The notes under the pieces: model-generated
The model's input: only the letters and a program-made list of their open reading frames with translations
The model's database searches: none
What the model was told of the DNA's origin: nothing
Program-made: the position numbers and the translations under genes
DNA from: the human T2T-CHM13v2.0 reference genome, Homo sapiens
DNA: 64,000 nucleotides
Strand: one strand, 5' to 3'
Assembly: GCF_009914755.1 (NCBI RefSeq)
Contig: NC_060930.1
Part shown: piece by piece, positions 60,700-64,000 of the stretch
Layout of the letters: each line of letters begins with the position of its first letter
How positions within the stretch are numbered: position 1 is the stretch's first letter

Positions 60700-61827
60700 G
60701 GATCAGTTATCACTTCTTCTGAAAGCTTTTCCTCATTATTTAGAGTGACAGTTGCTCCTTTTCTATGTTTCCATGATAGTGCATGAGTATTTATCTCTGT
60801 GGTTTCATTTGTCAATTTAAAATATAACCACCCTGTTTTGGGTAATTTTATTATGAAAAATCAGTGTTGAGCCCTTTGCTACCTCAGGCATGTCCATTTT
60901 TTCAGGATATCTGTTACTGCTAGAGCCTAGCTCAGGATGGGGCACATTGTAGGCTACTCATTAATTTCTTTGAAATAAATGTCTAATCAAATTGTTGAAA
61001 ATAATAAACTCATGCCATTTATGCTGCAGATTTAATGTCAGAAAAAAATCATAAGACTCAAGATCTTGCTAACTGGGAAATACTGTCTTTCTTCTCTGTT
61101 TCCTGAAATATTGTGATCAATCCAAGTTTTAGCTGCCAAGAGCAGGAATTTTCCACTTTGCTATTTGTCAGAGATTCATAAGCGGCACTGTCCTGTCATG
61201 TCAACAGATTTGGAGGAAGAGCACCATCTCACTGTTGAGCACCTTCCAGATACCCGGGAAATGCTGGAAAAGGAAAAAAGACAGTGACAATTGTCAGTTG
61301 ACATAGGAAAAGGAATAAAAAATAGACAAATGTTGTACATCGTCTGTCCATTAAACAGATTGACATAATCACTGAGCATGTGCTTTCCAGACCAGTAAGA
61401 GTGACACAAACAATAGAATGACCGATGACTCCTAGATACACTCACCACACATGAATTCCCAGTCACATGAATTCCCAGATGCCACCTCTTTTGTCATCAC
61501 CTTCTGACAGTCTACTGGGCACAGCTCACCCCTCCCCCATCACATCCCCTGCTCAACACTGTCCTCCAGACAAGCATTGACTTTGCAGAAGCTTGAGTGG
61601 TCTCCAGATCTCAGTGTGTTGGATCCTCCTGGCTCCTCAAGGTCAAGAAGAGACTTGGAAATCAAAGCCATAGGAAAACATCAAAGAGTTCCTTGAAATC
61701 AACTCCCTGTGTTTACTCTGCCTAGCTTTGGGGGAGAAATTTAGACTCTAGTTATGAGCTGTATTTGGTTATGAATCATGGAGTTTCTACAGCATTAATT
61801 TTAACAAATAGAAAGTATGAAGGAAAG

Positions 61828-62530
61828 GGCCGGGTGGGGTGCGGTGGCTCACGCCTGTAATCCTAGCACTTTGGGAGGCCGAGGCCGGTGGATCACGAGG
61901 TCAGGAGTTCGAGACCAGCCTGGCCAACATGGTGAAACCTTGTCTCTACTAAAAATACAAAAATTAGCCAGGCATGGTGGCGCACACCTGTAATCCCAGT
62001 ACTCAGGAGGCTGAGGCAGAAGAATTGCTTGAACCTGGGAGGCGGATGTTGCAGTGAGCCGAGATCGTGCCACTGCATTACAGCCAGGGAGAGAGTGAGA
62101 CTCCATCTCGGGGGGGTGGGGGCAGGGGGAAGAAAAAGGGGGAAAAAAAAAAGAAAGTATGAAGGAAAGAAACACACTGTGGATAAAAATATAAAGAAAA
62201 ACATGACTGGGGGCAGTGGCTCATGCCTGTAATCCCAACACTTTTTGAGGCCAAGGCGGGTGGATCACCTGAGGTCAGGTATTCGAGACCAGCCTTACCA
62301 ATATGGTGAAACCCTGTCTCTGTTAGAAATACAAAATTAACCAGGCGTGTCAGCACCTGCCTGTAATCCCAGCTGCTTGGGAGACTGAGGCAGGATACTT
62401 GCTTGAATCAGGACCGGGAGGTTGCAGTGAGCTGAGATCACAGCACTGCACTCCAGCCTGGGCAACAAGAGCGAAACTCCGTCTCAAAAAAAAAAAAAAA
62501 AAAAAAAGAGAGAGAGAGAGAAAGAAAAAA
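61828..62530 (+). mobile_element. Two Alus (61828-62152, 62207-62530)
   Basis: TSDs agaaagtatgaaggaaag and aagaaaaacat. Confidence 0.88.
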
Positions 62531-62615
62531 GAAAAACATTAAAAGTTATTAGGTTTGAGTATATCTAAAGAATCATCATCTCATTCTGTTGTGAAAGGCC
62601 TGATTGTAGCAGGGA

Positions 62616-62689
62616 GTTTCTGTAATGTAATAATTAGCATGTCCGCCTAGCATGTGAAAGGATTCTGGTTTTTAAATCCAGTGGAAACA
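62616..62689 (+). pseudogene. Decayed tRNA-Val relic
   Basis: GTTTCTGTAATGTAATAATTAGCATGTCCGCCTAGCATGTGAAAGGATTCTGGTTTTTAAATCCAGTGGAAACA, colinear with tRNA-Val, many CpG-type transitions; T4 downstream. Confidence 0.7.
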
Positions 62690-64000
62690 ACAGCTTTTCC
62701 AAAAAATTTGTCTCATGGATACCTTCTTCCAGTCTGAGGCTGGCGTTTTCTCTCTCAATAGCCTTTTGATGAAGATAATGTTTAGTTTGGATGAAGTCCA
62801 TAGTTTCAATCTTTTTAAAAATGCTTACTTGTTTTGTCAAATCTACAAAACATTTGACTATCGCAAAGGCAAAAAGGATTTTTCTAAATTTTCTTTAATA
62901 GGCTTTGTTTTCATTTTCACTTTAAGGTGTATGGGTGAAAAATTTGAACAGGCGCTTCACAAAGACGGCCAAATGGCAACTGAACAATTTGCAATCAGAA
63001 AAAAAAAAAGAAAGAAAGAAAGAGGGAAGAGGGTCTAAACAAGCAAATAAACGAAAAACGAGAGGCGAGGCTACCAGGTTTCTTCCATTTCTGGCAAACA
63101 TTTATTGTTGTTGTTTTTTCCTTCACAGAATTATTTTCAGAAACCTTCCACAGGAGATTCGTGCGTGGAGGGGGTGGGGTGGAAAGAAGTAGGGAATGGA
63201 GAAGATTACTAAGAAAAGTTTCCTGTCTGGAACTGCGGCAGATCTCTTTGGATAGAGATGACTACTTAACCTCACTCTGCTTTCCTTCGCCGCGGTTGCG
63301 GCCGCGACCCTGTTCTTACCACCAGCAATTCCTCCAGGGACTTGGTCAGCAGCCCAACTTGATCTGCGTCTCTCTGCTAAGGTGTTTCCGCAACAGGGTC
63401 AACTCCAAGTCTCACCTTTCTAGGAATCCCGGGCGCAGCGCGGGGGTCGGGACTCCGACCTGTATTTCCAGGCGGAGGTTTCCCTGGGTCAGGCGGCCAC
63501 TCTCTGCCAGAGATTGTCAGTTATCCAACTGTCAATAGAGCCGCCGCTCCAGCGAGTTTAATTTAGGCACAGAAAAGTCCTGCCTGGGTTGAGGTGGGCT
63601 TAGGATGAGTTTACTTGAGTGTGTGATTTAGAAATAGATCTATGGGACAGACAGACACGAAATCGGGCATTGGGGCCCTCGCAGGCAGGGTATCTAGACT
63701 GGCAGCTGCCGGTGCAGGATATTGCCAAGGACTCGGCATCCGGCTCAGCTCAAGGTGGGGACGAAGACGTCCTGGTTGCAAGGAGGAGCCCTACTCCCCC
63801 CGGAATCAGAACTGTGCATAGCGGGCTCTGGATTTGCCGGGATGTTTGAGGAATTTGAAATGAGAAAGGAGAGGAGGAAATGGTTTAATGGTATATTGAG
63901 TTACTGGAGTGTATTTTAGTCACCGATTTTGGTTTTAAAAAATGAGAAATATGGAGTGCAGGATTTCTGCCTGATTGAGTACAAGGCTAGAAAATAAGTG

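Overview
Primate, almost certainly human, genomic DNA matching the extended-MHC tRNA cluster at 6p22.1. The single intact protein-coding gene is PRSS16 (thymus-specific serine protease, peptidase S28; + strand, 12 coding exons, 22571-30148, 514 aa, triad S185/D447/H472). There are six full-length tRNA genes (Leu-TAA, Val-AAC, three Ile-AAT, Val-CAC) and about eight degenerate tRNA relics. Other content: a processed pseudogene of the short CDCA7 isoform, a 5'-truncated Hsmar1 mariner, two solo LTRs, about 40 Alus (two very young Yb-lineage copies) and older L1/L2/MIR/MLT/DNA-transposon debris. Nearly all other ORFs in the track are repeat or low-complexity artefacts. The main unexplained structure is fold-back DNA: (i) a ~1.6 kb palindrome carrying two convergent tRNA-Ile genes; (ii) a 202-bp, 97%-identical inverted copy of the PRSS16 3'UTR placed just beyond its poly(A) signal; (iii) an older inverted pair of tRNA-Val relics; (iv) several templated-insertion scars. 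All alignments were done by eye; repeat boundaries are approximate and family names are from memory of consensus sequences.
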